64,000 nucleotides of DNA, from positions 224,936,001-225,000,000 of the forward strand of contig CM075977.1 in NCBI GenBank assembly GCA_038087875.1, written 5' to 3'. The notes beneath the pieces are model-generated. The model was not told the DNA's origin. It saw nothing but the letters and a program-made list of their open reading frames with translations, and did no database searches. The stretch comes from Malacoraja senta (taxonomy: Eukaryota). Numbering within the stretch: position 1 is the stretch's first letter; every line of letters starts with the position of its first letter. The position numbers and the translations under genes are program-made. Shown here one piece after another: positions 37,203 through 51,254 of this stretch.

Positions 37203-40200
37203 GACCTCCCCCCTTTTCACACTATGGCACCCTTTTTTCAAGTCATATTCCCCCTGAGCCAAAACGTCACCTATCCATGTCTTCTGGAGATGCTGCCTGT
37301 CTCGCTGTTACTCTAGCATTTTGTGTGTTCTTTGTAAACCAGCATCTGCAGTGCCTTATGTCGACATTCCTATATTATTCATTGTGGTTTTTATCAATGC
37401 CTCTAAAGTCCTAACATTTATTTAGTCACATAAATTAAACTGAAACAATCACATTGACAGAGTACCTCGAGATTAAATTTCTCCTTTTTTACACAGGACA
37501 GGGTAGACTACAGCAGGCACCTTTCCCAAGAAACCAGAGGGAGAGCCTTCTATCCAAGGTGCACACAACTGGTAAAGATGAGTTGCTGTGGGTGTCAGAA
37601 TCACACAGGTCAGCACTATTACTGGAGCTGAGGATGTCACATGTTAATAAGATGTGACATCTTATGTGACATCAAGGGTGTCAGGGGTTAAGGGGAGAAG
37701 GCAGGATAATGGGGTTAGGAGTTAGATATAGATCTGCCATGATTGAATAGCAGAGTAAACTTGATGGGCCGAATGGCTGCTCATATCATTTGGCTAATGA
37801 CCTAATTCTGCTCCTATGACCTTATCATATGTAAGGATCTGCAGGACTTTTGTCATATCTCTTTCCCTAATACCAATATATGATTGTTGGGCATGCCTCT
37901 TAACAATGGTATGAACTTAGCATCACCAATTCTCTTCTTCTAGCTTTCATCATTACACTCTCAGGAAATACCAACTTCAGAATATTCCCCAAATTTTCCA
38001 GATTCCCAATCCTGGCCTGGGCAGGACCACCTTCCATGGACATGAAAGGAAAGTGGGTCTTTTTGCCTGGCATTGTGCGGGATTGTGCCACAGTGAGGAT
38101 GAGCAGGTTACTTTAGAGACGTGAACTTTACTTTTAAAGTCACTTGACATATGTGGTTGTGGAGGGTTAGGAAAGGGAAATGTGCTAGATCCCAGAGGGA
38201 AAGGTTGCAAATCAGTTCTATCATGCAGCACAAAGATGAGGGCTACAGTGAAAGAGCAAACATTAGGAGAGCATACTTGATAATGTTGCTGCAGAACATA
38301 CAAGAGAACTTCAGCCGAGATGTTATAAAAGATGTTTAAAGCACGGGCAAGTCCACTTCTGACATCTTGCAAGGCTTATGTGGAACTAAGAGTGTATTCT
38401 TTCCAGTCTGGAAGTCTTAATGCCAGACAGTGTGAATACCCACAGTGCAGCAATTGATCATCAAATATCTTCTTGCCTCAGTGGTCTGAAGTTGTTCCAA
38501 TCAGAGCCCTGCTTGCTGCTACTGTGAAGTGGACTACTCATCTTCATGACCCGAGAAAGGTTAATTGTCATCAGTAGGCATAAATCTGCAACACAATTGG
38601 CCATATGTGTTTGGTACAGATGCGGAAGTTTTGACAGAATCCATGCAGTCTAGGCCACACTAGCTGCACAGCCTGTTAGAGAAGTCCGATTCTGTACAGG
38701 TGACAATGTGTAGCGAAAGTGCCGTCACATCTTGCAATGTCAGCATCTCTCCTCTTACAACTAGTCTTTTTTTAGCACAGTATTCACAAGTGCCTGCAAC
38801 TAGCCTGTTAATTTGTGATGGTGCAGTCACCAGTCAGTTTTTTCAGGTCCAAAGCTGTTCATAATTATCCATCAGACCATGCCAGCTAGGCTAAAGTTAC
38901 AACTTTAGCAGATAAGTAAACAAAGCTGCAGCGGTGAAACAAAGCGGAAGTATCAGGATGTGGTTAATATTATTTTATAGTATTTATTGTTAAAAGACTG
39001 AAATTTATGTTAATTTAAATTATTGCTTTAAATCATTCCAGACTAACAGATGAAGCATGCAAAAACATTGGCAAAGGAGATAGAGCATGATGCAATGGGC
39101 TTTTTTTCTGGTAATCTAAATCTTTCATTTATTATATGTGTATGATATACACTAGATCTTTCATTCATTATATGTGTATGATATACACATCGTGGAGGTG
39201 ACCATCTTGTTCATGGTGTGCAAATGTTCAAATAATGCCAATAATGAAATGGAGCTGATACACGAGTGAAGTGAGATTTCTGACCAATGTTTGCATGGTG
39301 GTCCTGGACAGAGGGCTTTAACTTTGCCAGTAACTCACATGATCTCATTATCTGAGTTAATAAATGTTCAGGGGAAAAGTGCTCAGTACTATCAAAGAGC
39401 GTGCATGCTTGGAAAGTCAAATACAGTCAATAAAGAAACACGGGAGAAGATTTTGTGGCAGCAAGGTAATCAGCTAGAACTGGCATGTGGATTTGAGGCA
39501 TCTGGATGATAGGGACATGTAAAAGTACACATCTTTAGAATATCTCCAGAGATGGTGACATGCTGAGTTACTTTAGCACTTTGTGTTTTCTTTTGTAAAC
39601 CAAGTAACTGCAGTTCCTTGCTTCCACTCTTTAAAATGTCTTCCCATTTAAGTATTAACTGTTCATTCTGGTCAGTTAAATCAGAGGTTATGTCATTGTA
39701 AATGATCCTTCAACTGGAGTTGGACCTTTTAAATGGAATGTCCACTTCCAAACAACAATATTAATACAAGAAAGTTCCATAGATTACTCTGCATCCAGAA
39801 AAAAAGGTGCCAAATGTATCTGAAGCTATCCAGCCTTTTTTTCAGTCCTTTCACTGAAGATTAAAACTCTGCCACTCTGACAGTAACAATAATTTGACAA
39901 GGTCAAAGATTAGCACAATCCCTCATCCTTCCTAGTCCAGTTTAGTACTGCAACGTAATACCCAGACAAATGGCAGAAAACATAACTCCTGAGTTTATTG
40001 CGAGTTAGCGAATGAAAGAGTCATCGATTTATTGGCTCGCAGGCTTAAACCAGCATTAAGATGTGCAATTACGTAGATGGAAGCAGTGTCTTTGCAAATC
40101 ATTCAGGTGAAGGAAAACAGCTTTTTGATAAGCAAGGGTGAAAGGGGGACAGGAATGCAGGGTTGAGGTTGTAATTAGATCAGCCACGATCTTACAAAAA

Positions 40201-40845
40201 AATGGTAGAGCAGTCTAGAGGGGAGCAAGTAGCGGAATCCTACTCCCAATATGTTTTCATGCACATACAGTACATACGATAGTAAACGGGATATAACTGT
40301 TTGATGATAGGTGTAGCAAATGAGATTTGTAAATGATTTGTGCGAGGCATAAACATTGGCAGTGATTTGTTGTATCAGATGCCTTGTTTACGTGCTATAA
40401 AAATTCAATATAAAAATTGCAGAATGTGTGCAAGTTAAAATTCCTTTTCCATTACAAATTAGATATACATCTATAATATGACCATAGAATGTTCTTAAAT
40501 GAATTAGTGGTGCCTTGGACTATCATTTTCATTTGATCTGTTAACTATGTCCATAGTTATATGAAAAGCAACACCAAATTCTGACTGGTGGATACATATA
40601 TAGAGGACTCCAACTTTAGAGTAGGCTAAATCCCACCATTCTTCCTCTCTTCACCAAAAATCTGTATGTGATGATAAGTAATGAGAAATGTCATATCAGA
40701 AGGCAGAAAGACACAGTTGACACGTGCACCCAAGCACAGATATTCACTCTGATTAATAGGCTGGGATTCTCCACGCTCCCATCAGTATATCTTCAAATGT
40801 TGTGAAAATCCCATTTGCATCTTCATTTCAAATCCGTTTTGAATG

Positions 40846-41680
40846 GAAACGTAGAAACATAGAAAAATAGGTGCAGGAGTAGGCCATTCGGCCCATCGAG
40901 CCAGCTGATCATCTAAAATCAGTACCCCGTTCCTGCTTTTTTCCCATATCTCTTGACTCCCTTAGCCCTAAGAGCTAAATCTAACTCTCTCTTGAAAACA
41001 TCCAGTGAATTGGCCTCCACTGCCTTCTGTGGCAGAGAATTCCACAGATTCACAACTTTGGGTGAAAAAGTTTTTCCTCATCTCAGTCCTAAATGGCCTA
41101 CTCCTTATTCATAAACTGTGACCCCTGGTTCTGGACTCCCCTAACATCGGGAACATTTTTTCTGCATCTAGCCTGTCAAATCCTTTAAGAATTTTATATT
41201 TCTATAAGATCCCCTCTCATTCTTCTAAATTCCAGTGAAATCAAGCCCAGTCGACCTTCTCTCATCATATGTCAGTCACGCCATCCTGGGAATTAACCTG
41301 GTGAACCTATGCGGCATTCCCTCAATAGCACGAATGTCCTTCCTCAAATTAGGAGACAAAATTGCATACAATACTGCAGGTGCGGTCTCACCAGGACCCT
41401 GTACAATTGCAGTAGGACCTCCTTGCTCTGAAACTCAAATCCTCTCGCAATGAAGGCCAACATGCCATTAGCTTTCTTCACTGCCTGCTGTAGCTGCATG
41501 CTTAGTTTCAGTGACTGAAGTACAAGCACACCCAGGTCGTCGCACCTCCCTTTTTCTTAATCTGACACCTTCAGATAATAATCTGCCTTCCTGTTCTTGC
41601 CACCAAAGTGGATAACCTGACATTTATCCACATTATACTGCATCTGCCATGCATCTGCCCACTCACCCAACCTATCCATC
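40846..41680 (-). mobile_element. CR1 3' fragment
   Basis: QYNVDKCQVIHFGG, QQAVKKANGMLAFI. Confidence 0.92.
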
Positions 41681-42044
41681 GCAAAATAAATGAAACTCCA
41701 CATATCAAAATCTACCCTACAGTAATGGAACTTACATCTGGAACTCAAATATTAAGGTGAAAGGCCACTGTTAATGTTTGTTTATATTGTTTTAAATACA
41801 TCAGACCAGCATCCTTAAAAGTGCAGCAATGACATCAGATTAGTTACATACATCAGGTAGACAGATCTACTTTGACCTTGAAATACAAAATTAAAATTTT
41901 CAAGATGGCTGAGTGGAGATTTCCTTGCTTAATTTTAGAAATGTTCCATCAGTATCTTTTACTGAAATAGCTTGCCAATATATCATTACCATTTTAAAAT
42001 CTAAATTCTGTATCATTAAAATGCAAAGCAATATTATAACTATA

Positions 42045-44340
42045 ACCATATTACATTTGCCTGCCTTGCCCTTCACTCTAACAGGGACCTGCTTATCCTG
42101 AGCTTTTGTCAGCACATTTTTAAAAACATCCCCCATGACTGATGTTCCTTACCCCTCAAATAACCTGCTCCAATCAACTTGAGATAGACCTTCTCTCATA
42201 CCCTCAAATTTGGCCTTACCCTAATTGAGCATTGTATCACGTGGACCCTCTCCGTCCCATAACTATCTTTAACCTAATTGAACAGTGGTCACTGGTCCCA
42301 AAATGCTCCTCCACGAACACTTCATTCACTTGCCCTTCCAAATTTCCCAAGACTAGATCAAGTGTTGCCCTCTCACTTGTGGGGGCCTCTGCATATTGCT
42401 GGAGAACACTCTTCTGAACACTTTTGAGGAATTGCACCCCATCTAAACCTTTCACACTATGATTTTCCCAGTCAATATTGGGAAAGTTAAATCCCCTACT
42501 ACAACAACCTAATTAGACCTGCAACTGTCTGCGATCTCCTGGCATATTTGTTCTCCTAATTCCCATTGACTATTAGTGGGTCTGTAGTGCACCCCCAACA
42601 AGGTGAACATCCCTTTCATGTTCCTTAGCTCCACCCATATAGCCTCACTAGACGAACCATCTGTAATGTCTCCTCTGACCACTGCCGTGGCATCCTCCTT
42701 AACCAATAACGCACCCCCTTCCCCTCCTCTTTTACCCTCACCCATCTCTCCTGAAGAACCTGTACCCCAGTCCTGCTCCTCTCATAACCAGGTTTCAGTA
42801 ATGGCTACAATGTCCCAGTCGCACATACCTATGCATGTCCTAAGCTCATCTGCCTTACCCATCAGGCCCCTTGCAATAAAATACATGCAGTTTAAACCAA
42901 CCTTTCTTCCTCACACTCTGCCTTTCTCCTGTCTATTCTGTCCACTAAACTTTCTCTCACTACCCTCCATACCAAGTTCTAACCCCTAACCTGCCTCAGT
43001 CCTTTATGAGATCCAACCCCCCTGCCAATCTAGTTTAAACCCACCCATGTAGCAGTAGCAAACCTGCCTGCCTGCATATTGGTACCTCTCCAGTTAAGGT
43101 GCAACCCATCCCTTTTGTACAGGTCACCCCTGCCCCAGAAGAGATCCCAATGATCCAGAAATCTGAATCCCTGCCCCCTGCACCAACACCTCAGCCACAC
43201 ATTTCTGTTCTTACCCTCACTAGCACAAGGTACAGGAAGGAAACCAGAGGTAACTACCCTGGAGGTCGTGCTTTTCAGCCTTTTACTTAATTCCCTTTTA
43301 CTTAATTCATGTTGCAGAACCCTCTTCCTCTTCCTACCTATATCATTTATACCAATATACACAACAACTTCCTGCATCTCCCCCTCCCTCGAGGATGTCA
43401 TGCAGCCGCTCCAAGATGTCCTGGACCCTAGCAACAGAGAAGCAGTATACCATTCTGGAGTCTCGACTGTTGCCGCAGAATCTCCTGTCCGCACCCCTAA
43501 CAATCGAGTCACCCACTATGGCTCTGCCTGACGTCGGCCTTCCCTGTTGGGCCTCAGCGTCACGGTTGAAGTCAAAGCCTTGCCAGCTACTCAAACTTGA
43601 AGTGCCACCCTGATAGCTCCAAAGAGGGTGTAGCAGTTTTGAAGAGGTACAGCCACTGTAGTCTCCATCATTCCACGTTTAATTCCCTTCCCCGTCGTCA
43701 CCCATCTTCGCTCTTCCTGTATCTTTGGTGTGACGACCTTGCTATAGGTCTTGTCCAGGAAGCTCTCCCTTTCCCGGGGTGGTCCTGAGGTTATCCAGCT
43801 GCTGCTCCAGTTTCCTAATACGGTCCTTCAGGAGTGGTACCTGGACACAATTCCCACAGGTGTAGTGGTCAGAGGCACCAGCGGTGTCCCTGACTTCCCA
43901 CATCCTGCAAGGGACACACTGCAACAACTTGCTGCCATTGCCACAGCCAAATCACAAATTACATAACAAGACATACTGATGGAAACGTAGTCCTCTATCT
44001 GCTGTTGATAGCCTCTTTGCCGAAGACTCCCGAGCCAAAGACCCAAACTTGACCTCTCCACAACACTTACCCTCAACACACCCTCGCTCCAAATAGGCCG
44101 TAATGCCACACCTAGCCTTACTTTTATTCGCTATTCAATCAACTAATTTGGATGTCCTAGCCAATCCACTTATTCGCTGCTCAGACTGCAGCTCCTCTCC
44201 CGACCTTTGCGTTAATTGTTGAAGGCTGTGCCTGGGCGGGCTGTTTAAAGTTCCCGCACTGAAACTCACCTGGGATTCCCTTCTTCCAGTCAATCCACTA
44301 ATTCGCTGCTCAGACTGCCGCCCCTCTGCCGACCTTCGCT
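42045..44340 (-). mobile_element. CR1 5' portion: 5' UTR repeats, ORF1 (Zn-finger/coiled coil plus SGNH esterase) and APE
   Basis: QCVPCRMWE...YTCGNC; IVGDSIVRG, IGINDIGR, DGLHLNWRG; APE EAIWVELRN, ATLDLVL, SDH; duplicated unit at 44163 and 44292. Confidence 0.88.
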
Positions 44341-44858
44341 TCATTCTTCTGGTTTTCTTATTCCACTTGGATCCCAATGCAGCACCAGCTAAAGGTTATG
44401 CCACATTGCATCTACACGGTCTGCTTTTGTTTTCTTCTTTCTTCTCAAACCACTCCATCAACCCCTCTCCTCTTCCTCTTTTTGTCTCATGCTTTCTGTC
44501 ACTCTTTCCTCCATCTGTCCCTTCTTCATTCCTTCCCCAATATCATCTTGTCTCTGCTAACCAGCAATATCATACACTGTTTCAACTACATTTATTATTG
44601 ACAGCTTTACAAAGTAAGCAAAACCTGCAAATCCATTGCCGTGAACATAATTGAAAGCATATGAAAGAAAGTATTTAGGGTTACAGAATATTTTTGAAGT
44701 ATAGTTCAAGCACTTGGATGTTACGCAGGATAAATATCTTCATCCTATTACCCAGTTAAACCTGGTTTCTATAATTGAGCTTGCAGGTTTGGCAGCAAAA
44801 GTAATAAACAAGCAATCCTTTGGAATGTGCTCTTCAACAAGATCACAGATTGTATCAG

Positions 44859-45043
44859 ATAGACACAAAATTCTGGAGTAACTGAGCGGGACAGGCAACA
44901 TCTCTGGAGAGAAGGAATGGGTGACGTTTTGGGTCGAGACCCTTCTTCAGTTCTTCTCTCCAGAGATGCTGCCTGTACCGCTGAGTTACTCCAGCATTTT
45001 GTGTCTACCTTCGATTTAAAACAGCATCTGCAGTCCTTTCCTA
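44859..45043. mobile_element. Penelope-derived inverted mini-element with hammerhead-like core (minus strand)
   Basis: Minus strand CTGAAGAAGGGTCTCGACCCAAAACGTC (44923-44950); TSD CACAGATTGTA(T/G)CAG at 44844-44858 and 45044-45058. Confidence 0.85.
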
Positions 45044-46244
45044 CACAGATTGTAGCAGTCTTTATAGTTACACCCAGGACACATAGGAAACACGTAATTG
45101 TGTAACTAGATGTGCAGGTTATGAGATAGAAATCGGATGGAGAAAATAAGAATACAATGTAAGCTTGTTCCTCAAGCAATAAAGCTCTGCTTGAATGGAG
45201 AAAGGAGTGATGTGTCTGTGAATATAAATTGTCAGCAGCAGAATTGTCACCACTAATAACAGACCTGTTACGAACAGTACAAATGACCTTGGGAGCATTT
45301 GGTCAATGTAATATTTTCTTAGTTGGTCAAGAAATCATAACTAAATGTACATTGGTTAAGAAAATGTTCATCAATAATGTACAGCATTAGGATTGGTCAC
45401 ATGAAACTATGATTAGGATAAAATAATAACTGCATGCATTGTGTTGTTTAAATCTTTCTGCGGTTCTATATTTGGATGGCATCCTTGCCTATACTCAAAG
45501 AAACAGACCAACAAAGGAACTCAAATCTTGACTGATTATTGTAGGAGTATAAACCAATTGAGACCCACAACAGGAATGAAGCAGAACTAAAAGTGAAAAT
45601 CAAATAGGCAGATGCTGGGAAACTGAAAGAAAAAGAGAAAATGTTAAGAACGTTCGGCAATTCAAGCAGCATCTGTGAAAAGAAAATCTCTATTTTTCTT
45701 TTCACAAATGCTGCCAGACCAAACTGCTCTTTCATCACCAAAGTTGACTGAATAATTAATACAACAATTTACTAGTCATGTTATAAGAACATGGCAAATA
45801 GCTTTACAACTAAGATTCTCCAAAATTACAGCTGTGATGTCACAGTAGGTATTTATTTACTTTTTCAGTAGTAGTAACTTATTTAAACAGGCAGGCTGAT
45901 GAAGAAGGCTTTTCTTCATCAGTTGGGGCATTGGGTATTAAAGTTAAGACATTATGTTACAGGTGCACAAGCCGTTCATGAGGCCACACCTGGATTATTG
46001 CGTGCAGTTCTGGTCACCATACTATAAGAAGGATGTAATTAAGCTAGAAAAAAAAATCAGAAACATTTTGCCGGGACTGGAGATCTTGAGTTGAAGGAGA
46101 AACTGGACAAACTGGGACTGTTTTCTCTGGAGTGAAGGATGCTGAGAGGTGAACTTATAGAAGTTAACAAATTGTGAAGGTCATAAATAAGTGCATGGTC
46201 ACAGTCTTTATCAGTCGAAACTTGTCCATGCTTTGCTGCATTCA

Positions 46245-46575
46245 GGCATAAGAGTGGGATTGTGGCCTCACAGCTCCAGTAACTTGGGCTCTATCCTGAG
46301 CTTTGGTGGAGTGCGTGTAGAGTTTTCACATTCTCCCTGTGATCACATGGGTTTTCTAGGATGCTTCGTTTACACTCATATCCTAAAGACATGTGGGTGA
46401 TAGGTTAATTGGTCACTGCAAATTGTCCCTGGTATGGGTGAGTAGTGGAATGCAGGGTGAGCTGACGTGAATGTGGGGGAATAAATTGGGATCACTATAG
46501 GGTTGACCACAACGGACGCTGAATGACATGCACGTGCTCAGCGAAACACAAGGTCTGTACCGTGCTGTATCACTC
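46245..46575 (+). mobile_element. V-SINE (degraded), following an old CR1 fragment (45900-46220)
   Basis: V-domain-like core GTTTTCACATTCTCCCTGTG...CCTAAAGACATGTG...GGTTAATTGG. Confidence 0.7.
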
Positions 46576-46679
46576 TGAGTATCGTGTTGATAGATAGATG
46601 GAATTGAACACTTTTCAATCAGCAACAAATATTATTATTTCTGATCTTATGAAAGAGGAAAGACAATTGAAACAACTGA

Positions 46680-46776
46680 AAGACACAAAATGCTGGAGTA
46701 ACTCAGCGGGACAGGCAGCATCTCTGGAGAGAAGGAATGAGTGACGTTTCAGGTCGAGACCCTTCTTCATACTGTC
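46680..46776 (-). mobile_element. Solo pLTR with hammerhead-like core
   Basis: Minus strand ATGAAGAAGGGTCTCGACCTGAAACGTC; AAACAACTGA duplicated at 46670-46679 and 46777-46786. Confidence 0.8.
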
Positions 46777-46914
46777 AAACAACTGATCATGGTTTGGCCT
46801 AGGACCAAATAATGCAATATTGCATTGAGGCTAAAGCTGTCACTAATTCTCTTCCCTACCAATACTTCACAAAAAACCACAAGAAATGTCTCCCATTGGA
46901 AAAGATGTGCATAC

Positions 46915-47075
46915 CTCTTCAGTTCTAAATGTTCATTGTGCTTCTGAATCTTTTCGTTTTGTATTGAGTCAGTGTACGATTCATATTCTTTATTGACATA
47001 TTTTGTGATTATGTCATGGATACCCACTGCAGCATTCACATTCTTCTGACGTTCAGCGGCTTTTTCCATTTCAGC
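46915..47075 (-). CDS. IQCM: IQCM-like gene, coding exon 2 (161 nt)
   Basis: Acceptor ...TTGCACTATAG|GCT (phase 0); peptide AEMEKAAERQKNV...EHLELK; donor AAG AG|GTATGC (phase 2). Confidence 0.75.
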
Positions 47076-47119
47076 CTATAGTGCAAATGTTATATGAATA
47101 AATCAATGATTAGCATAGA

Positions 47120-48110
47120 TAGGTGACAAAATATCCTTGATGATAATTCTCAACACCAGTGCCCCACAAAAATGCATTCTCACCCTATTATTATAATCCT
47201 TCTACACTCCCAACTGTGTGACCAGCAGGTGACACCACTGGAGTGGGCTGTATCGTGAACAATGATAAGTCGAAGTAAAGGAAGGAGACAGAGAGCCTCG
47301 TAACATGGGTCATGACAACTTCTCCCTCATGTCAGCAAGATGAAGGAGCTAATTATTAACTTCTGGAAGTGAGGTGGTGCATGCACCAATCAGCATCAAT
47401 AGTGCAAAAGTGGAAATGCTTTGGAGCCATGTTCTGAGGGGTAAATATCACCAACAATGTGTCTTGGACCAACCACATTGAAGATGCAGCCAAGAAAACC
47501 ATAACCACCTTTACTTCCTCAGATCATGGAAGTACAGCATGTCACCAACCACTCATACCAACTGCTACAGAAGCACTGTAGAAAGCATCCTATCGGGATG
47601 GTTGGTTTTGCCACAGCTCTGCCCAAGACCACAACAAATAGTAGTGTTGTGGATGTAGCCCAGCTCATCACACAATGCAACCTCCTCCCCCATCAATTCT
47701 ATCCACACTTCATGCTGCCTCAGGAAATCAGCCAACATAACAGCGACTGCTTATACCCCAGTCATTACCTCTCTCGTGGGAAGAAGGTACAACATCTTGA
47801 AAGCATGTACGATGATTCGGGAACAGCTTCTTCCCTGTTATCAGACTATTGAATGTTCCTCATAAGCTAAGAATGCATCCCGATTTCCCAGCCTACCTCA
47901 TTGTGGTCATTGCAGTTTTTTAATCTGTCATTGTAGCATTTTAATACTGTAACACCATATTCTGCACTCTGGTATTTTGTTCTTTGCTCTACCTCATGTA
48001 CTTGGGTAATGGCTTGACTGTTCTCAAGTATGGTATGATTTGACTGAACAGCGTGCAAACAAACTTTTTCACTATTTCTCATTACCCGTAACAATAATAA
48101 ACCATTATTA
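47120..48110 (+). mobile_element. Degraded Rex1/Babar-like LINE 3' part
   Basis: Similar to 51700-52810 and 60330-61835. Confidence 0.75.
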
Positions 48111-48114
48111 ATAC

Positions 48115-49110
48115 CAAGTGATTGGACTGGGCAAAATTGACATGAAAGGAAATCATGTTTGACAAGCCTTTTGAATTTTTTTGCAATTATAACCAGCAAA
48201 ATAAATAAGAATGAATCAGTTGATGTGTCGTATTTGAATCTATAGAAGACCTTCAATAATATGCCAAGGCTAGAATGCATGTTATTGGGGATAATATACT
48301 AATGTGGATTGAGGATCGGTTAACAAACTCATCTGTTCACTGCACAAAAAGTCTATCATCTTGGCAAACCTGTCTCCTAGCTCTTTTGCTAATCATTCTA
48401 TAACTAATTCTCAACGCTCCAAACAGAGAAGCATTTCTCTTTATATATTATGACCAGACTCTTATTGGTATTAATTATTTTTTGGAGGGATCTTGGAGTC
48501 CAAGTCCACAGCTCTCTGCAAGAGCATTACAAGTAGATATAGTAGTAAAAAATATGTATGGTGTGCTTGTCTTTATTGTTTAGGGCAATGAGTATAAGAA
48601 TCAGGAATTTGTGATGCAGCTCTATAAGACTTTGATAAGGTTGCATTTGGAATATTGTATGTGATTCTGATCGCCCCATTGCAGGAAGTGGAGCCTGTGG
48701 AGGGAAACAAACTTGGATTGTTTTCTCTGGAATGCTAGAAGTGGAGGGGAGACCTGATAGAAATATATAAAATTATGAGAGGCTTGACAGGGTAGGCAGT
48801 CAGAACCTATTTCTCCGCATGGAAATGTCAAAGACTAGGGGGGCATAGCTTTACGGTGAGAAGAACAAAGTTTAAAGAAGATGTGCAGGTCAAGTTTTTT
48901 ACAAAGAGGATGCCTGGAACGAGCTGCCAGGGGTAGTGCTGGAGTCAGATACAATCGTAGTGTTTAGAAGGCTTTTGGATAGGCATATGGATATAAAGGG
49001 AATTGAGGGATATGTTATCTTGTGCAGGCAGATGAGATTAGTTTATCATGGGATTATGTCTGGTACAGACATTGTGGGCCAAAGGGCCTGTTCCTCTGCT
49101 GTACTGATCT
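48115..49110 (+). mobile_element. Old CR1 fragments
   Basis: GGAAATCATGTTTGACAA, CR1 RT C-terminal and 3' tail similarity. Confidence 0.7.
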
Positions 49111-49640
49111 ATCTTCTATGAAACACGAAAGCATGGCAGTGCCCACATAAGCTCAATGGCATGCAATGAAATATAATGGACATTATTGTGGCACAAAAGT
49201 CACTGATGTAAGCATGGCCAGCAAAGATGCTGGCTAACTCAGGCAGATTTAGGACTACAGAAGGCAATCTGTTTGAGTAGCATCCAGTGCATTGTGTCTG
49301 ATTACTGGCTACAAGTTGGTATCCTTTTAAGAAGTATCTTTTCCTTGCTAGCATTCTAAATCAGGGCTACCCCACAACTACCACTTTCTCAGGAAACATT
49401 TGTTCGCCAGTTGCATATATACATAATGTATTTTCTCAATGGTGAAGATTTTAAATGTTTTTTCACAAAGTTCATCACTTTGCATGTGTCATCAAAATGC
49501 TTCCATGGACCTTCTCCCTGTTAACCTTATTATCAAACAAGTGTTCTGTGAATTTGTGGTAAATAATACAACTAAAACAATAATGTGTGTTTACATAAGG
49601 AAATAAACAATTTAATTATTGGCAAAAAATTTGTCCTTAC

Positions 49641-50414
49641 TCTGTTTTCAGGCTGAAAATGGGAACTAATTAGTCGTCCTGCCTTGCATGGCTCCATCTG
49701 AATATCAGCTGGCCTTTTTACAATGTCTTTTTCCAATTCAGAATATTCTTCTCCTTTCACTTTTAATAAACCTTGTCGACCTATGTGTTGACCAATAATG
49801 GTCAAGTGAAAGGCTTGCACTGTTTGTTGATAATCAAAAGTGCAACTAGAATATTTTTGGAAATCAATTGGCTTGAGCACACTTAAATGCACTTGTTGAT
49901 CTTGACCAAGTTTGACTAATAAGTGGCCTGTTTTGGTTATAAGTGGTAAGAAATCTTCATCACCAGAAGTCTTTGGAATGTTGTCCGCAAATTCCTCACT
50001 GATTTGACGTGCTTCAAATGTGTTTTTATCTACAAGAGGTGAAGTACAAAGTGCATCTCGCTTCATTTCTTCGTGATGTTCTCCTTTGCTTCTAGTTGTG
50101 AGTCTGAATGTACCATCATGCTCTTGAAATTCTACACCAACATCCGGTGTTTTGTTCATTTCATGTTTGTCAAAAGAACTTTCAGTGGTTGATATGTGCT
50201 GTCCATTTGCGACTGATAAGTCTTCAGATTGGTCAGTAAGATCAATGGGCGTGATTTTGACCTTTTTACACTTGCAAAGTGATTGGTCAGCCTTTTCAGA
50301 CACATTTCCTTCTGCTCCTATGCTGTCAAATTGTTGCTGATTTAGCACCATGTTTGCATCTTGAGACTGATTAATACGCAAATCGGGAAGATTTGCTGGG
50401 TAGACCCCTCGCAT
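49641..50414 (-). CDS. IQCM: IQCM-like gene, first coding exon (large, poorly conserved N-terminal region, 258 codons)
   Basis: Long non-repetitive ORF MRGVYPANLPDL...QPENR. ATG at 50414 has A at -3, with a candidate acceptor just upstream (AG at 50420-50419). It ends at donor AGA|GTAAGG in phase 0, matching the next exon. Assignment to the gene rests on phase continuity, not on recognised homology. Confidence 0.7.
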
Positions 50415-50738
50415 TTTGCTGTATCTTTCCAGGCAGAGAATACAGTTAATTCCACGTTGAAGCTTTACTTGACAATTATGACAAAAGAAACGAGACAGAT
50501 TACCAGTAGATTTGTCAATTTGTTCAGGCTGTGATCTCTGTAAACTACAAAGAATCCTTTGATTAAAAAATTATAATAACAACAGATGGTGTCATAATAA
50601 TCAATGTAGCTGTTTGGTGAAGAAAATGTGACAAATCTATTTTAGTTTGTTTCCAGCTATATAAAAAAATGTGCTTATAATGTCACAATGGCCCACATCT
50701 TGCTGGAATATAATAACAGATTAATAGTGCTTTCTTTA

Positions 50739-51254
50739 AAGGCCTGTCTCACGGGTATGCGGTTACTGGCGGTGAAGCAGGAAGTCGGGACCGCTCGTGG
50801 ACCGCGCATGGCCCGCAGGGTCGGTCCCACGCACACCACCGGGAACGTGCGGTGTTGGTACTCACAAAAAGTCGACAACGTTCAAAAATGTTGTCCTACC
50901 GCACAGCTGCCGCCAGTGCGGCACGAGCACCGCCACAGCGCCGCCAGTGCGCCGCGAGCGGCACGAGCACCGCCACAGCGCCGCGAGCCGAATTGACGTC
51001 ATCGCGTAGCGTGTTGCGTTGCGCGATGACGTCTTCACCCGACGCCGCGGACATCCATTCCAGTCGGCCCGTGGGATAGGCCGTGCGGTGACCACCCGGC
51101 ATACGCGTGGCAACAGCTTCCGGTAAGGTTTAATTTTTTTTTACTTACCGCAAGCTCGTGGGATCGGCCGTGCGGAGATCACTCGGCCCCCTGGCGGCAT
51201 CCGTGCGGCGCCGCGCTTCACCGCCAGTAACCGCCTGCCCGTGGGACAGGGCCA
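50739..51254. mobile_element. CpG-rich PIF/Harbinger-like MITE
   Basis: About 40-bp TIRs (GGCCTGTCTCACGGGTATGCGGTTACTGGCGGTGAAGC / GCTTCACCGCCAGTAACCGCCTGCCCGTGGGACAGGGCC); TTA TSD; termini related to 15643-15923. Confidence 0.85.

Noticed and set aside
37960-38900. Possible degraded coding sequence (HCGYSHCLAL-like, hAT-like motif)
   Set aside because: A single weak motif among many stops; insufficient evidence.
39118-39190. ~36-bp tandem duplication
   Set aside because: Ordinary local duplication with no further structure.
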